A stretch of 64,000 nucleotides of DNA from contig JALSNJ010000040.1 in NCBI GenBank assembly GCA_026987025.1, positions 166,713 through 230,712 of the forward strand, in the 5' to 3' direction. The translations under genes and the position numbers were made by a program. The notes under the pieces were generated by a model. The model did no database searches. It was not told where the DNA came from and worked only from the letters and a program-made list of their open reading frames with translations. Source of the DNA: Candidatus Aminicenantes bacterium (GTDB taxonomy: Bacteria; Acidobacteriota; Aminicenantia; S016-38). Shown here piece by piece: positions 9,782 through 19,248 of this stretch. The first letter of the stretch is position 1. Each line of letters begins with the position of its first letter.

Positions 9782-12135
9782 TTTCCTTCGTCCTGAAAGA
9801 GGGAATCCCAGAGGTCAGAATTTCCCCGAAGGTATTTTTCAAACCAGCCCATTATGGCCATATACCATCCTATTCTGTGCTTGTATCCCATAACCCAGTG
9901 GTTTTCTCCCTTTACAAGAACCAGGGCCACCGGCCTTTTAAGGAGTTCCAGGGCGGTAAACATCCGATGGCTTTCTCCTGGAGGCACATTGGTGTCGCTG
10001 GTCCCGTGAAGAAGGAGCAGGGGAGTTTTTATCCTGTGGGCGAAGAACAGGGGGGAGCGGTCCACATATATGTCCTTCCTGTTCCAGGGGAAGGAAAAGG
10101 CGGCGGAAATGGCGTTGTAGGTGTAACCCCAGTAACCTTCCCCCCAATAGGAGGGGATCATGCTTATGCCTGCGTGGGAGACTGCGGCGTCAAAAAAGTC
10201 GGTTTTCGTAACCAGGTATTGCGTCATAAAACCTCCGAAGGAAGCCCCTATGATTCCCTTCCTATCCACCCAGGGATGTTTCTTTACAAATCTTTTGCTG
10301 GCCTCAAGGATTATTTTCCCCGAAAGCTTCCCCCAATCGTTTACATGTTTTGCAGAGTACCACTGCCCGAAGCCCGTGGCTCCTGGAGGGGTCAGGGTGT
10401 AGACCACAAAGCCCTTGGCTGCCCACCATTCCTTGGGATATCTTCCGGCGAAGTCCCTGGTAATGGGGGAAGTGCCTCCGTAGTAGTAAATAATAAGGGG
10501 GTATTTCTTTGCCGGGTCAAAATCCGGAGGATAGTAGATTCTCCCTTTAACGGGGTATTTTCCTATCTTTAAATCCCAATCCTCCACCTTCCCCCACCTG
10601 ACCGAGGAGTATTTTTCCCAGGCCGGGAATAGGCGGAGGAGGACCTTTCCTTCTTTCGTCACCAACAGCCGATGCGGAAGATTTACCCCCGTGACTATAA
10701 CCGATATTACCCCTGAAGGAGAGACCCGAAGGTTCCTTACGACCTCACCCTCTAAGGGAATCTCCTTTATGACCCCGCTCTCTGCCCGATAAAGACGGAC
10801 ATAGGTTTTATCCTCAGCAGTAAAAACAATGTTTTTATTGTCCATCCAGTAGGCTGAAAGAACCGAGGGAGAGAATTCCTTAGTTAGGCACTCCACCTTC
10901 CGGGAGCCCAGATGGTATATCATAAGCTCTCCATCGTAGTCGTTGGGAATTTCCCCTTTCCCTAATCTTGAACATAATCCGGAAAAGGAGGAGGGTCCGC
11001 CTAAGAGCAGAAGTCTTTTCCCGTCGGGAGCCCATTTAACCGAGTTTATCCAGGGGTCCTTTACGATGTCCTGGATTTTTCCGGTTTCCAGGTCCAGCAA
11101 CTGATATTTGTTCAAAAGGTATGGTCTTCTGTTGGGGTCAAAATAGGTGTAGGAGAGAAGGAGGGTTTTTCCGTCGGGGCTCAGCTCTAAAGGTTGGGCC
11201 TCGGTGGTTATAAGCTTTCTGTCCATTGCGCTTTCAGGCCAGAATATGTGTATTTCGTTTTTACCTCCCCATCCCCTCTGGCGGTATGCAGGGTCCTTTA
11301 CCCTGTTGAGGCCGAACTCGTTGTATTCCTTTCTTTTACGATGAACCGTGTAAAGGAGGAAACTTCCGTCCCTGCTCCAAAGGTATGAGGAGAGGTTCTT
11401 GACCTCTAAAAGCTTCCTGTTTTTCCCCTCCACATCCGCTATCCACAGAGAATCTTTGAGCTTGTAGGAAATCTGATGATGGCCTGGTCTCCAGCGGGGA
11501 AGGCTGATTTTGAAGCCCCTGAAGGAGCGCAGCACCCTTCCTTCCTTCAGGGAATAGACCTCATACCATCTTTCCTCCTTGCCCTGCAAGTTCCAATTTC
11601 TGAGTTCCACCAGAAGGAATTTCCCGTCCCCGGAGGGAAGCCCCCTTTCCACCCTTAAGGAGTTCATGAGTTCCCAAAGGGAGAGGCTGTGTTCCGGGAA
11701 AAGGGAAGTGGAAAAATCCCCTGAGACCTTCAACCGGATTTCCCCTTCCTCCGGGCTTTCTACCCTTATAAGGAGGAAATGTTTTCCCTTTTCAAGGAGA
11801 CGGCAGGCCTTCATTTCTTTGCCCTGGCCCAGGGCCTGGCCGTCTAAGGAAACCTCTGCAGGAGCGCTGGATGAAATCCTTATTTTTTTCTTTCCCCAGT
11901 CGGTTATCAAATACAGAGCAAAATAGTGCACGGTGTGAGGCTCCGTTTTTATAAATGAGGGCGTTCTTTTCCATCGGAGGGAGAGGGCAGGGGAAACCCT
12001 CACCTCCTTTTCTTCCACTGCCGAGAAGGGTTCTATCTTGAGCGAGCTTCCCCGGGGCAGGGGACCGAGGTGGAGAAACTCCGCAGAGAAGCTCAGGGAT
12101 AGGAGCAAAAGAAACAAAACGGCCTTTCTCGTCAT
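9778..12135 (-). CDS. Secreted S9-family serine peptidase (prolyl oligopeptidase / acylaminoacyl-peptidase type) with N-terminal beta-propeller
   Basis: Signal peptide. WD40/TolB-like propeller repeats (SPDGK, APDGK). C-terminal alpha/beta-hydrolase with nucleophile elbow GASFGGFMT and HGTSDTNVPP. Confidence 0.85.
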   Translation of the reverse strand: MTRKAVLFLLLLSLSFSAEFLHLGPLPRGSSLKIEPFSAVEEKEVRVSPALSLRWKRTPSFIKTEPHTVHYFALYLITDWGKKKIRISSSAPAEVSLDGQALGQGKEMKACRLLEKGKHFLLIRVESPEEGEIRLKVSGDFSTSLFPEHSLSLWELMNSLRVERGLPSGDGKFLLVELRNWNLQGKEERWYEVYSLKEGRVLRSFRGFKISLPRWRPGHHQISYKLKDSLWIADVEGKNRKLLEVKNLSSYLWSRDGSFLLYTVHRKRKEYNEFGLNRVKDPAYRQRGWGGKNEIHIFWPESAMDRKLITTEAQPLELSPDGKTLLLSYTYFDPNRRPYLLNKYQLLDLETGKIQDIVKDPWINSVKWAPDGKRLLLLGGPSSFSGLCSRLGKGEIPNDYDGELMIYHLGSRKVECLTKEFSPSVLSAYWMDNKNIVFTAEDKTYVRLYRAESGVIKEIPLEGEVVRNLRVSPSGVISVIVTGVNLPHRLLVTKEGKVLLRLFPAWEKYSSVRWGKVEDWDLKIGKYPVKGRIYYPPDFDPAKKYPLIIYYYGGTSPITRDFAGRYPKEWWAAKGFVVYTLTPPGATGFGQWYSAKHVNDWGKLSGKIILEASKRFVKKHPWVDRKGIIGASFGGFMTQYLVTKTDFFDAAVSHAGISMIPSYWGEGYWGYTYNAISAAFSFPWNRKDIYVDRSPLFFAHRIKTPLLLLHGTSDTNVPPGESHRMFTALELLKRPVALVLVKGENHWVMGYKHRIGWYMAIMGWFEKYLRGNSDLWDSLFQDEGK

Positions 12136-12183
12136 CTTTGACCTCCGGAAAAATTTTAATATAATTTCTATCGGGAGGGAAAA

Positions 12184-12543
12184 ATGAAAAACAAGGGAAG
12201 TTCCACTTTCTTTAACCTTATTCTACTGGCCCTTATCGGTTATGGGGTATATGTGGCCTATGTTTACGGAAAAATGGAGATAGATAGAAGGGCTTTGATT
12301 TCCGATATTACCGATGCCATAGCAGGAAGGGATGAGCTGAGCGTTTCCCAGCTCAGGGAAAGGCTTATGGAGCTGGCGGAGGCGAAGAATCTGGACATAG
12401 ACCCGGACTCCGTATATATAAACAAAACCAGGGAGACCATCCATGTGGAGTTCACCTACTATGTGGAGAAAAACATGCTCTTCTGGCGTCTTCAAAAGGA
12501 AATCTTCATCAATCTGGACCTGCCGGCGGTGGCTGGTTTATGA
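12184..12543 (+). CDS. Small membrane-anchored hypothetical protein
   Basis: N-terminal TM helix FFNLILLALIGYGVYVAYVY. Good RBS. Stop overlaps the histidine-kinase start (ATGA). Confidence 0.4.
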   Translation: MKNKGSSTFFNLILLALIGYGVYVAYVYGKMEIDRRALISDITDAIAGRDELSVSQLRERLMELAEAKNLDIDPDSVYINKTRETIHVEFTYYVEKNMLFWRLQKEIFINLDLPAVAGL

Positions 12544-14819
12544 AGGAACATCTCCTTTCCCTGCTTACCATATCCTTAAACAAGCCCTTTGAAGAGGCGG
12601 CGGGGGAGTTTCTCTCAAGGGTTAGCGATTATTTCAAGGCCAAGGGCTATTCCTTAATTATAGTATTCAACCCCGAGGAACCCTTTGTGTTTCTTTCCCG
12701 GGGGATCTCCGATGACTACAGAAGATTCGTCCAGGAGAGGATGGAGGAACTTCCCGGGAGGTTCTCTTACCTGCAGGGAGAAATTTTGACCTTCCCGGAT
12801 GTCAGGAAGATTACCCCGGAAAAGGTCAGGGAGGCTCTTTTGAAGGAGGGAATTCTTTCCTACATAACGGTTCCCCTGGGATGGGAAGGGAAGCTCTTCG
12901 GTATCCTTACCCTTTATTTCCCCAAGAAGAGAAAGTTTAAAAGGAAATTCCTGGAGGAGATGAAGGCCTTGGCCTCGGTTTTCTCCTCATATCTTAACAA
13001 TTATTTCCTTTTCTCCACCCTGATGGAGAGAGAAAAAACCTTAAATACCATATTTGAAAGCTCCCCGGCTGCCATATTCGTGGTGCAGGATATGAAGTTT
13101 AAGGTGGTGAACCCTGCCTTCCAGAGGATAACCGGATATTCTTCTGAGGAGGCTAAAAATTTGTTCTTCTGGGAAATCGTTCATCCAGACCAGCAGGAGG
13201 AGGTTAAGGAGAGGGGAATAAGGAGGGAGAGGGGGGAAAGGGTCCAGCCGGAGCTTTACGAGATGAAAATAGTGGACAAGGAGGGCCGTCAAAAATGGGT
13301 GCTTTTCAGGGGCACTCCCATAAAGTTTCGGGGAAGGCCTGCCAACCTGGGGATAGCCTTTGATATAACGGAGAAGAAGGAGTTGGAAGATAAATTAACT
13401 TCCCTGGAGGAAAACCTCAAGGCCATTTACGAGGCCTCTGTCATGGGTATATACCTATTTGACCTGGAAAAGGGGATATACGAAATGGTAAATCCCCAGG
13501 GGAAAAAATTGCTGGGCATGGACCTTGAGGGGAAAAGACCGGAGGAGGTCTTTCCTCCGGAGGAGGTGGAAAGGATAAATGAGATCCTCAATTACATAAA
13601 GAAAACCAAGAAAACCCTTACCACCGTGGAGAAGTACCATACGGGTCTGGGAGAGAGGTTCATATTCGTCAGCAGGGCCCCGGTCTTCGGAAGCGACGGA
13701 AAGGTGAAGAAAGTGGTGGGTATATTCCGGGATATAACCGAAGAGGAGAGGGCCAAGCAGGAGTGGGAGAAAAGGGCCGATTTTTCCATGATGGAAAGGC
13801 TCATAGAGGTGGTGGCCAAGGAGCTCAACAACATTCTGAGCATAATCCTGGCCACTTCGGAAATAGGTCTGGAATCGGGCATTGACGAGACTACCTGGAG
13901 GAGAATAAACCAGAAGGCCAAGGAGGCCCAGAACTTTATCTACCAGCTCATGGAGATAGGAAGGGGAGGAGGCGGGGGTAAAACCACCGTGGAACTCAAC
14001 GAGTTCGTGAAGGAAAACATCCTCCTTTTGAGGTCCATGCTGCCCGGAAGGATAGGGCTCAGGTTCAATCCATGGCAGTTGCCCCTCTACACCTCATGCA
14101 ATCCTTCCGCCCTGAGAACTGCCCTTTCTCACCTGGTTCTAAACGCCAAGGAGGCCATAGAGGAGGAAGGGGAAATTGAAATAAACCTCGGAAAGGAGCA
14201 AAATTACGCCGTCTTAGAGGTTAAGGATACGGGGAGGGGAATGAGCGAGGGGGAAATTTCCAGGGCCTTTGAACCCTTCTTCTCCACCAAATCCCTTGAG
14301 GAAAACCCGGGGCTCGGATTGACCTTCGTCAAAAAGTTCGTGGAGAAGTTAGGAGGGGAAATCCAGCTCCACAGCTCGTCGGGAAAGGGTACCTCCGTTA
14401 TTTTAAAATTTCCCCTTAGTCCGGAGCCCCCGAAGGAGGCTAAGGAGATAGTTAAAAAAGCCTCCGGCGCAGAGATTCTCCTGGTGGAGGACGACCCTGA
14501 TGTCAGGAAGGTGGAACAGGAACTTCTTACCGTTTTGGGTTATAAAGTGATGGAGGCCTCCTCTGCCAGACAGGCCCTGGAAATAATAAGGGAAAAACCT
14601 CCATCCATAGTGGTTACCGACCTGTCCATGCCGGAGATGGGGGGAGCCCAGCTGGCCCAGGAAATAAAGAAAATAACCCCTTCCGTTAAAGTTCTTCTTA
14701 TAAGCGGATATGTAAGCGAAGACGAGCTGGAAAAATTCAAAAATATGGGCATAGACGGGGTTCTTCACAAACCCTTTGGACTGGAAGAACTGAAAAAGGC
14801 CCTGCGGGAACTCTCTTGA
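12540..14819 (+). CDS. Hybrid sensor histidine kinase / response regulator with PAS domains
   Basis: PAS-like modules, a HisKA-like dimerisation region, HATPase_c motifs (LEVKDTGRGMSEGE…GLGLTFVKKFVEKLGGEIQL), and a C-terminal receiver (ILLVEDDPDVRKV…VTDLSMPEMGG). Confidence 0.85.
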   Translation: MKEHLLSLLTISLNKPFEEAAGEFLSRVSDYFKAKGYSLIIVFNPEEPFVFLSRGISDDYRRFVQERMEELPGRFSYLQGEILTFPDVRKITPEKVREALLKEGILSYITVPLGWEGKLFGILTLYFPKKRKFKRKFLEEMKALASVFSSYLNNYFLFSTLMEREKTLNTIFESSPAAIFVVQDMKFKVVNPAFQRITGYSSEEAKNLFFWEIVHPDQQEEVKERGIRRERGERVQPELYEMKIVDKEGRQKWVLFRGTPIKFRGRPANLGIAFDITEKKELEDKLTSLEENLKAIYEASVMGIYLFDLEKGIYEMVNPQGKKLLGMDLEGKRPEEVFPPEEVERINEILNYIKKTKKTLTTVEKYHTGLGERFIFVSRAPVFGSDGKVKKVVGIFRDITEEERAKQEWEKRADFSMMERLIEVVAKELNNILSIILATSEIGLESGIDETTWRRINQKAKEAQNFIYQLMEIGRGGGGGKTTVELNEFVKENILLLRSMLPGRIGLRFNPWQLPLYTSCNPSALRTALSHLVLNAKEAIEEEGEIEINLGKEQNYAVLEVKDTGRGMSEGEISRAFEPFFSTKSLEENPGLGLTFVKKFVEKLGGEIQLHSSSGKGTSVILKFPLSPEPPKEAKEIVKKASGAEILLVEDDPDVRKVEQELLTVLGYKVMEASSARQALEIIREKPPSIVVTDLSMPEMGGAQLAQEIKKITPSVKVLLISGYVSEDELEKFKNMGIDGVLHKPFGLEELKKALRELS

Positions 14820-14869
14820 AATTTTCCCGGGACCCTGCTATCCTATAAGTCAATTTTCAGGAGGTAGAT

Positions 14870-15562
14870 ATGGCTGAGCTTAAGGAAATTGGAGAGGAAA
14901 CCGTCAAGCTCCTGGTCCCAAAGGACCTGGTGGTGGTGGCCGGTCATCCGAGGAGCGGCACATCCCTTACCTGTCAGCTTCTGGAAAGCGCCGGGGTGAA
15001 ATTTCCCTCCGACATCGGTCCCGATAGATACAACAAGAGGGGGTATTATGAGCTCAGCTTCGCCAAGGAGTTGGAGAAAAAGCTGATAGAAGAGGCCATG
15101 ACCGTGGAAAACACCAGGGCCCTGAACAGGGTGGTGGAGACCTTGAACCGGGCAGGGACCCCCAGTGGATTGAAGATCGTTATAGTCCCCGCCATATTTT
15201 TCTACAGACACATAACCAAGGGCGATATGAGGGCAGTTTTCGTCTTTCGCCATCCCGCCGATTGTAAGGCCAGCATGTTGAGGAGGGGAATATCCCAATT
15301 TCGCCTTTCCTGGTTTGAAAACAACAACGCCATAATAGCTGCCCACGAGAACATAAAGAGGAGCATAGTGATCAGCTACGAAACCCTTATGGAAGGGAGG
15401 CCCTGCATCAAAAGGGCCTTTAAGAAAATAGGATTTGATGTGGACCTGAGCGTTGTAAGAAAAACATACAGAACCCAGAAGGGAAGCGGCATGGTGGTAA
15501 CCGAGGAGGAAATGAAGGTTTACAAAAAACTTAAGAAACTGGAGAAGAAATCCTGCAAGTAA
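14870..15562 (+). CDS. Sulfotransferase-family protein (putative)
   Basis: N-terminal HPRSGTSL resembles the 5'-PSB PAPS-binding loop ((K/R)SGTT) of sulfotransferases, in a ~230-aa cytosolic-type fold. AGGAGG RBS. Confidence 0.45.
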   Translation: MAELKEIGEETVKLLVPKDLVVVAGHPRSGTSLTCQLLESAGVKFPSDIGPDRYNKRGYYELSFAKELEKKLIEEAMTVENTRALNRVVETLNRAGTPSGLKIVIVPAIFFYRHITKGDMRAVFVFRHPADCKASMLRRGISQFRLSWFENNNAIIAAHENIKRSIVISYETLMEGRPCIKRAFKKIGFDVDLSVVRKTYRTQKGSGMVVTEEEMKVYKKLKKLEKKSCK

Positions 15563-16750
15563 TCAAAAAAGCTTTCTGGCGTTTCTGAAAACATGGACCC
15601 CCTGTGGTCCTTCCCTTTTCTCCCCCAAGAACCTTATGGAGGAGAACCCAAATTTTTTCCTTATCCTTTCCACCGCCTCCATTATTCTTTCCTCAGGAGG
15701 GGTAAATAAAAGCTTCTGGTCAGCGTAAATAATGGAGGAGGCCTCCACTGCCAGCAGCCTTACAGGCTGACCTGTCATCAGGCTCCTTGCCATGGAAAGA
15801 GCTCGCTGATATATCCTGAGGGTGTCGTTGCCGGGGGGCGACAGGGGCAGGCATTTCTGGGATTCGGAAAAATCCGCCCTCCTTATTCTGAGGCATACTC
15901 TTTCTGACCTGGCTCCCTCCTCCCTTAACCTCATGGCCACCGAGTCGCTGAGGTAAAGTAAATGGGGCCTGGCTTCTTCCGGGGTATGGATGTCCTTTTC
16001 CAGAGTGTAGCCCCGGGAGACCGATTTCGGCCTTTCGTAGGCGATGCCCGGAGAAAAGTCCAGACCGTGAAGCTGCAGGAGAAGGTTTTCCCCTTTCTTC
16101 CCCAATGTTTCTTTCATTTTATCCTTAGAAAAGCTCAGTAAATCCGATACCGAATTCACCCCCAGGTTTTTCAGCAGGGCTAAGGTCTTTTTCCCTATGC
16201 CAGGGATGTCTTCTAAGGAAAAGGTTTTGAGGAATTCCAGCTCCTTATCCCGGGGAATGTAGAGGAAGCCGTTGGGCTTTGCCCTGGAGGCTGCCAGCTT
16301 CGCCGTTAACCTGGAGGAAGCCATGCCCAGGGATACCGTTATTCCCAGTTCCTTTACCATCGCCCTTCTTTTACGCCGAAGGGTTCCTATGGGGTCCCCG
16401 TAGAGAAGGTTGCAGCGGGAAAGGTCCACCACCCCCTCATCCTGGGAGAGAATTTCAAGGTCAGGGCTTATGGAGTAGAGAAGCTGGTAGAACTTCCTGG
16501 AGGACCTTTCGTAAAGGGGAAAATCCGGAGGAACCACTATGCAACGGGGACACAACCTCAGGGCCTGGAAGAGGGGCATCCCGGACTTGACACCGTATAC
16601 CCGGGCCTCGTAGGAGGCAGAGGCCACCACCGAACGGCGAAGGGAATTCCCCCCCACTATCAAGGGCTTCCCTCGCAGTTGCGGGTTTTTCAGCTGTTCT
16701 ACCTGGGCGTAAAAGGCGTCAATGTCAAAGTGGGCGAAGAGCTTCATCAC
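15563..16750 (-). CDS. dinB: DNA polymerase IV (Y-family)
   Basis: N-terminus MMKLFAHFDIDAFYAQVEQLKNPQLRGKPLIVGG and UmuC/DinB fold motifs (SIDEAFLD-like context, GIGKKT). Confidence 0.9.
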   Translation of the reverse strand: MMKLFAHFDIDAFYAQVEQLKNPQLRGKPLIVGGNSLRRSVVASASYEARVYGVKSGMPLFQALRLCPRCIVVPPDFPLYERSSRKFYQLLYSISPDLEILSQDEGVVDLSRCNLLYGDPIGTLRRKRRAMVKELGITVSLGMASSRLTAKLAASRAKPNGFLYIPRDKELEFLKTFSLEDIPGIGKKTLALLKNLGVNSVSDLLSFSKDKMKETLGKKGENLLLQLHGLDFSPGIAYERPKSVSRGYTLEKDIHTPEEARPHLLYLSDSVAMRLREEGARSERVCLRIRRADFSESQKCLPLSPPGNDTLRIYQRALSMARSLMTGQPVRLLAVEASSIIYADQKLLFTPPEERIMEAVERIRKKFGFSSIRFLGEKREGPQGVHVFRNARKLF

Positions 16751-16770
16751 TAATATTTTAACCCTCAGAG

Positions 16771-16803
16771 TTTAAATAAAAAACCCCGCCCTCGGAGAGG
16801 GCG
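16771..16803 (-). terminator. Rho-independent terminator after the fmdB-like gene
   Basis: A 10-bp GC stem (ccccgccctc/gagggcgggg) with a 3-nt loop, followed on the minus strand by a U-run (aaaaaa on the plus strand, 16775-16780). Confidence 0.5.
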
Positions 16804-16838
16804 GGGCGAGGAGGTGGGAGTGAGAAGGATTCAGGAGG

Positions 16839-17090
16839 TCAGGTTGAGTTTTGGGGTTTGGGGGGAGAGTTTTGGGGTTTATTTTTGGGGGAGTTCTTGG
16901 GTCCGCTCTTTTTGTTTTTATAATCGGTTACATACCATCCGCTTCCTTTGAAGTGAATGGCCGGAGGCGAGAGAACCTTTTTCAAAGGCCCACCGCATTT
17001 TGGACATACCTTCAGGGGTTCATCGCTGAACCTCTGAAGGGTTTCAAATCTATATCCACATTCCTCACAAACATATTCGTAAAGCGGCAT
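16839..17090 (-). CDS. FmdB-family zinc-ribbon protein
   Basis: MPLYEYVCEECGYRFE…CPKCGG is the FmdB/CxxC-CxxC zinc-ribbon signature. It is followed by a Lys/Pro-rich tail. The ORF could also start 5 codons earlier. Confidence 0.7.
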   Translation of the reverse strand: MPLYEYVCEECGYRFETLQRFSDEPLKVCPKCGGPLKKVLSPPAIHFKGSGWYVTDYKNKKSGPKNSPKNKPQNSPPKPQNST

Positions 17091-17177
17091 CTCTTCACCT
17101 CCCACTAAATTATAGCACCTGGGTCAACATCCTTCAACCGTTGACAGTGGAGCAAATTTTGATAAAATAGACTACGG

Positions 17178-17253
17178 TGCGGCTGTAGCTCAACAGGATA
17201 GAGCGTGGGATTCCTAATCCCAAGGTTGTGGGTTCGATTCCCGCCAGCCGCAC
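17178..17253 (+). tRNA. tRNA-Arg (anticodon CCT)
   Basis: Cloverleaf read by eye: acceptor TGCGGCT/AGCCGCA, D-arm GCTC…GAGC, anticodon stem TGGGA/TCCCA with loop TTCCTAA, T-arm GGTTCGATTCC. Confidence 0.8.
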
Positions 17254-17645
17254 TAAATCTCCTCCCTGTATATGACTCTTATCCAGTAATGAATTTTTTC
17301 TCCTGCCCCGGGAGGATTAAGGTCTATCACTGCAAATTCCCCTTCTCTTCTGAGGAGTCTCCCGTTCCATTGGCCGGCAGGGGTCTGGAAGGTGAACTCC
17401 TCCCCTTCCAGCAGGTCCGGGGGAAGGGAGGAAGCGGGAACCCTCTTTATTTTATTTTCGTCGTAGGGAACCGTAATCCAAAACTCCCTCTCTTCGTCCA
17501 CCTTCATGTCCTTTATCCTTTCCTCCAGCTCCGGCCATACTTCTCCGGTTCCTATCCTTATTTTCATGGGCCCCTGAAATTTGGAATTTCCCAGAACCCT
17601 CCCCTCCCGGTCCGTTATCCTGTACTCAACCACCAGAACTATCAC
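17253..17645 (-). CDS. slyD: FKBP-type peptidyl-prolyl cis-trans isomerase (SlyD-like)
   Basis: Aligns with SlyD: VVEYRITDREGRVL, PMKIRIGTGEVWPELEERIKDMKVDEEREF, YDENKIKRVP, and the C-terminal NPPGAGEKIHYWIRVIYREE. Confidence 0.7.
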   Translation of the reverse strand: MIVLVVEYRITDREGRVLGNSKFQGPMKIRIGTGEVWPELEERIKDMKVDEEREFWITVPYDENKIKRVPASSLPPDLLEGEEFTFQTPAGQWNGRLLRREGEFAVIDLNPPGAGEKIHYWIRVIYREEI

Positions 17646-19129
17646 TTCAATTCTTCCCAGATGGCTACTTCTATTACCCGATAATCGGTGCTGCCTGCCT
17701 TAACTTCGTGGGAGAAATTGTAGGTCCACCCTAAGGGCGGAAGAGGGCCGGCGGCTTCCGTGGTTACCAGAAACCGAGCGGGAAGGAAACCAAAGCCAGT
17801 AGCCGCCTCTAAGGGATTGGGATTGTCGCCGTGCTGTGCATCCACAGGAACCCATCCGTAGCCAGGAAAATAAACCTCCGCCCACCGGTGGAATACCCAA
17901 TCGTAGCCCGTTCCCCTTTCCACCACAGAACCCACATACCTGGCGGGTATCCCGGCAGCCCTTAAAAGGGCTATAAAGGAGAAGGTATATTCGGAGCAGG
18001 AGCCGGAGCCTCTTTTAAGAACCACCGGGGCCGGATTCCATCCACCTGCCAGTTCGTAATGCAACCTCTCCCCTATGAACTGGTAAATTTTCCTGACCTT
18101 CCTGTAATAATTTTTCTCTCCCTTTAAAATTTCTTCTACCAGGTGTTGTATGTAAGGGTTTTTTATGTCGTATTTTTCCCCGTCCCTCAGGTAAATTTGC
18201 TTGATTTTTTCGGGGATCTTTCCCTTTATGCTGGTGGGGGAGAGGAAATAGTGAACTTCTTGAAGTAGAACATCCACCTGCAAACCGCAATATCTTGCCT
18301 CCCCCGGCTTTAGGTTCCTTATCCGGCAGGTGGCTATCCTTTGTTCGTCTACCGTGGTGTAGGAGGGCCTGAAGAAGGGTTTGATTTTTAATATCTTCTG
18401 AAAATCCCTGTTCCTGGGCAGGGCGAAGTGAAATACCGCTTCTTTAACCCCTCCTCCGCCGGCTATAATTCCCTGCTTCAGTGTTATTCTCCACTTCTTT
18501 GCGGGGCCCCTAAGAAGTTTTTTCTGGAAAAAAGAATTTATGTCAATTTCGGTGATTTTCCCTGAGAAATCCAATATCCTTGCCCTGCCCTTTTCGTAGG
18601 ATATTCCCACCGGCAGGTTGCTCTTCACGGGGAAGAAATTGAGAACCCATCCAGTTTCCGGATCTATCTGATATATTTGCCTTCTCCTGGAGTCCAGTGC
18701 CCATAGGTAGCCGTCTCCGTAATCCGCCGAGGAAATTGTCCTGGAAGGGGAGGGAAAGGAGCCGAAGGAGGTTCCATCCTGAGGGGAGAGCCTGTATATT
18801 TTCCTTGAGGAAATCCCCCAGAGGCACCTGCGTTGGGGGTCCCATGCTACGGCCAGTAGGGGAGAGGGGCCTTCCAGAAGCACCTTCCTGAATTCCCCGC
18901 TCTCACTCAGGGCTACTATTTTGTTCTCCATTCTGGATACCACCCAGATATTTTTACCGTCCCAGGTAAGGTCCGTGGGAAGAACCAGATTAGCGTTTAG
19001 AGCTTTTCCGTTGACCTTCAGATTGGAGTCAAGGTAAAGAACAGCCTTTAAATTGCCCTTCCAGTAAAGCCCGATGGGCCTGAAGGCCCAGAGGGAAAGG
19101 CTCATTAAAAGTATCAATGCCCTTCTCAT
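17642..19129 (-). CDS. Secreted transglutaminase-like cysteine protease superfamily protein with N-terminal beta-propeller-like domain
   Basis: Signal peptide. Transglutaminase-core Cys/His/Asp contexts GSCSEYTFSFIALLRAAGIPARYV, FHRWAEVYF and VPVDAQ. Confidence 0.6.
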   Translation of the reverse strand: MRRALILLMSLSLWAFRPIGLYWKGNLKAVLYLDSNLKVNGKALNANLVLPTDLTWDGKNIWVVSRMENKIVALSESGEFRKVLLEGPSPLLAVAWDPQRRCLWGISSRKIYRLSPQDGTSFGSFPSPSRTISSADYGDGYLWALDSRRRQIYQIDPETGWVLNFFPVKSNLPVGISYEKGRARILDFSGKITEIDINSFFQKKLLRGPAKKWRITLKQGIIAGGGGVKEAVFHFALPRNRDFQKILKIKPFFRPSYTTVDEQRIATCRIRNLKPGEARYCGLQVDVLLQEVHYFLSPTSIKGKIPEKIKQIYLRDGEKYDIKNPYIQHLVEEILKGEKNYYRKVRKIYQFIGERLHYELAGGWNPAPVVLKRGSGSCSEYTFSFIALLRAAGIPARYVGSVVERGTGYDWVFHRWAEVYFPGYGWVPVDAQHGDNPNPLEAATGFGFLPARFLVTTEAAGPLPPLGWTYNFSHEVKAGSTDYRVIEVAIWEELK

Positions 19130-19188
19130 TTATCCCTCCTTGTCGGTTATTACGCTTTCATTATACCCCTGTCCCCTTGCAAATAAAA

Positions 19189-19223
19189 CTTGACAAATCC
19201 TTCCCAAAGGCTTAAATTTATCA
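19189..19223 (+). promoter_or_regulatory. Sigma70-type promoter for metK
   Basis: TTGACA (19189-19194), a 17-nt spacer, then TAAATT. AAGGAGG RBS 7 nt before the metK ATG. Confidence 0.35.
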
Positions 19224-19248
19224 TTTAATCCAAAGCAAGGAGGTTTCT

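Noticed and set aside
19130-19248. Possible SAM riboswitch upstream of metK
   Set aside because: Only ~25 nt lie between the predicted -10 and the RBS. That is far too short for any SAM-riboswitch class, and no conserved pairing elements were seen.
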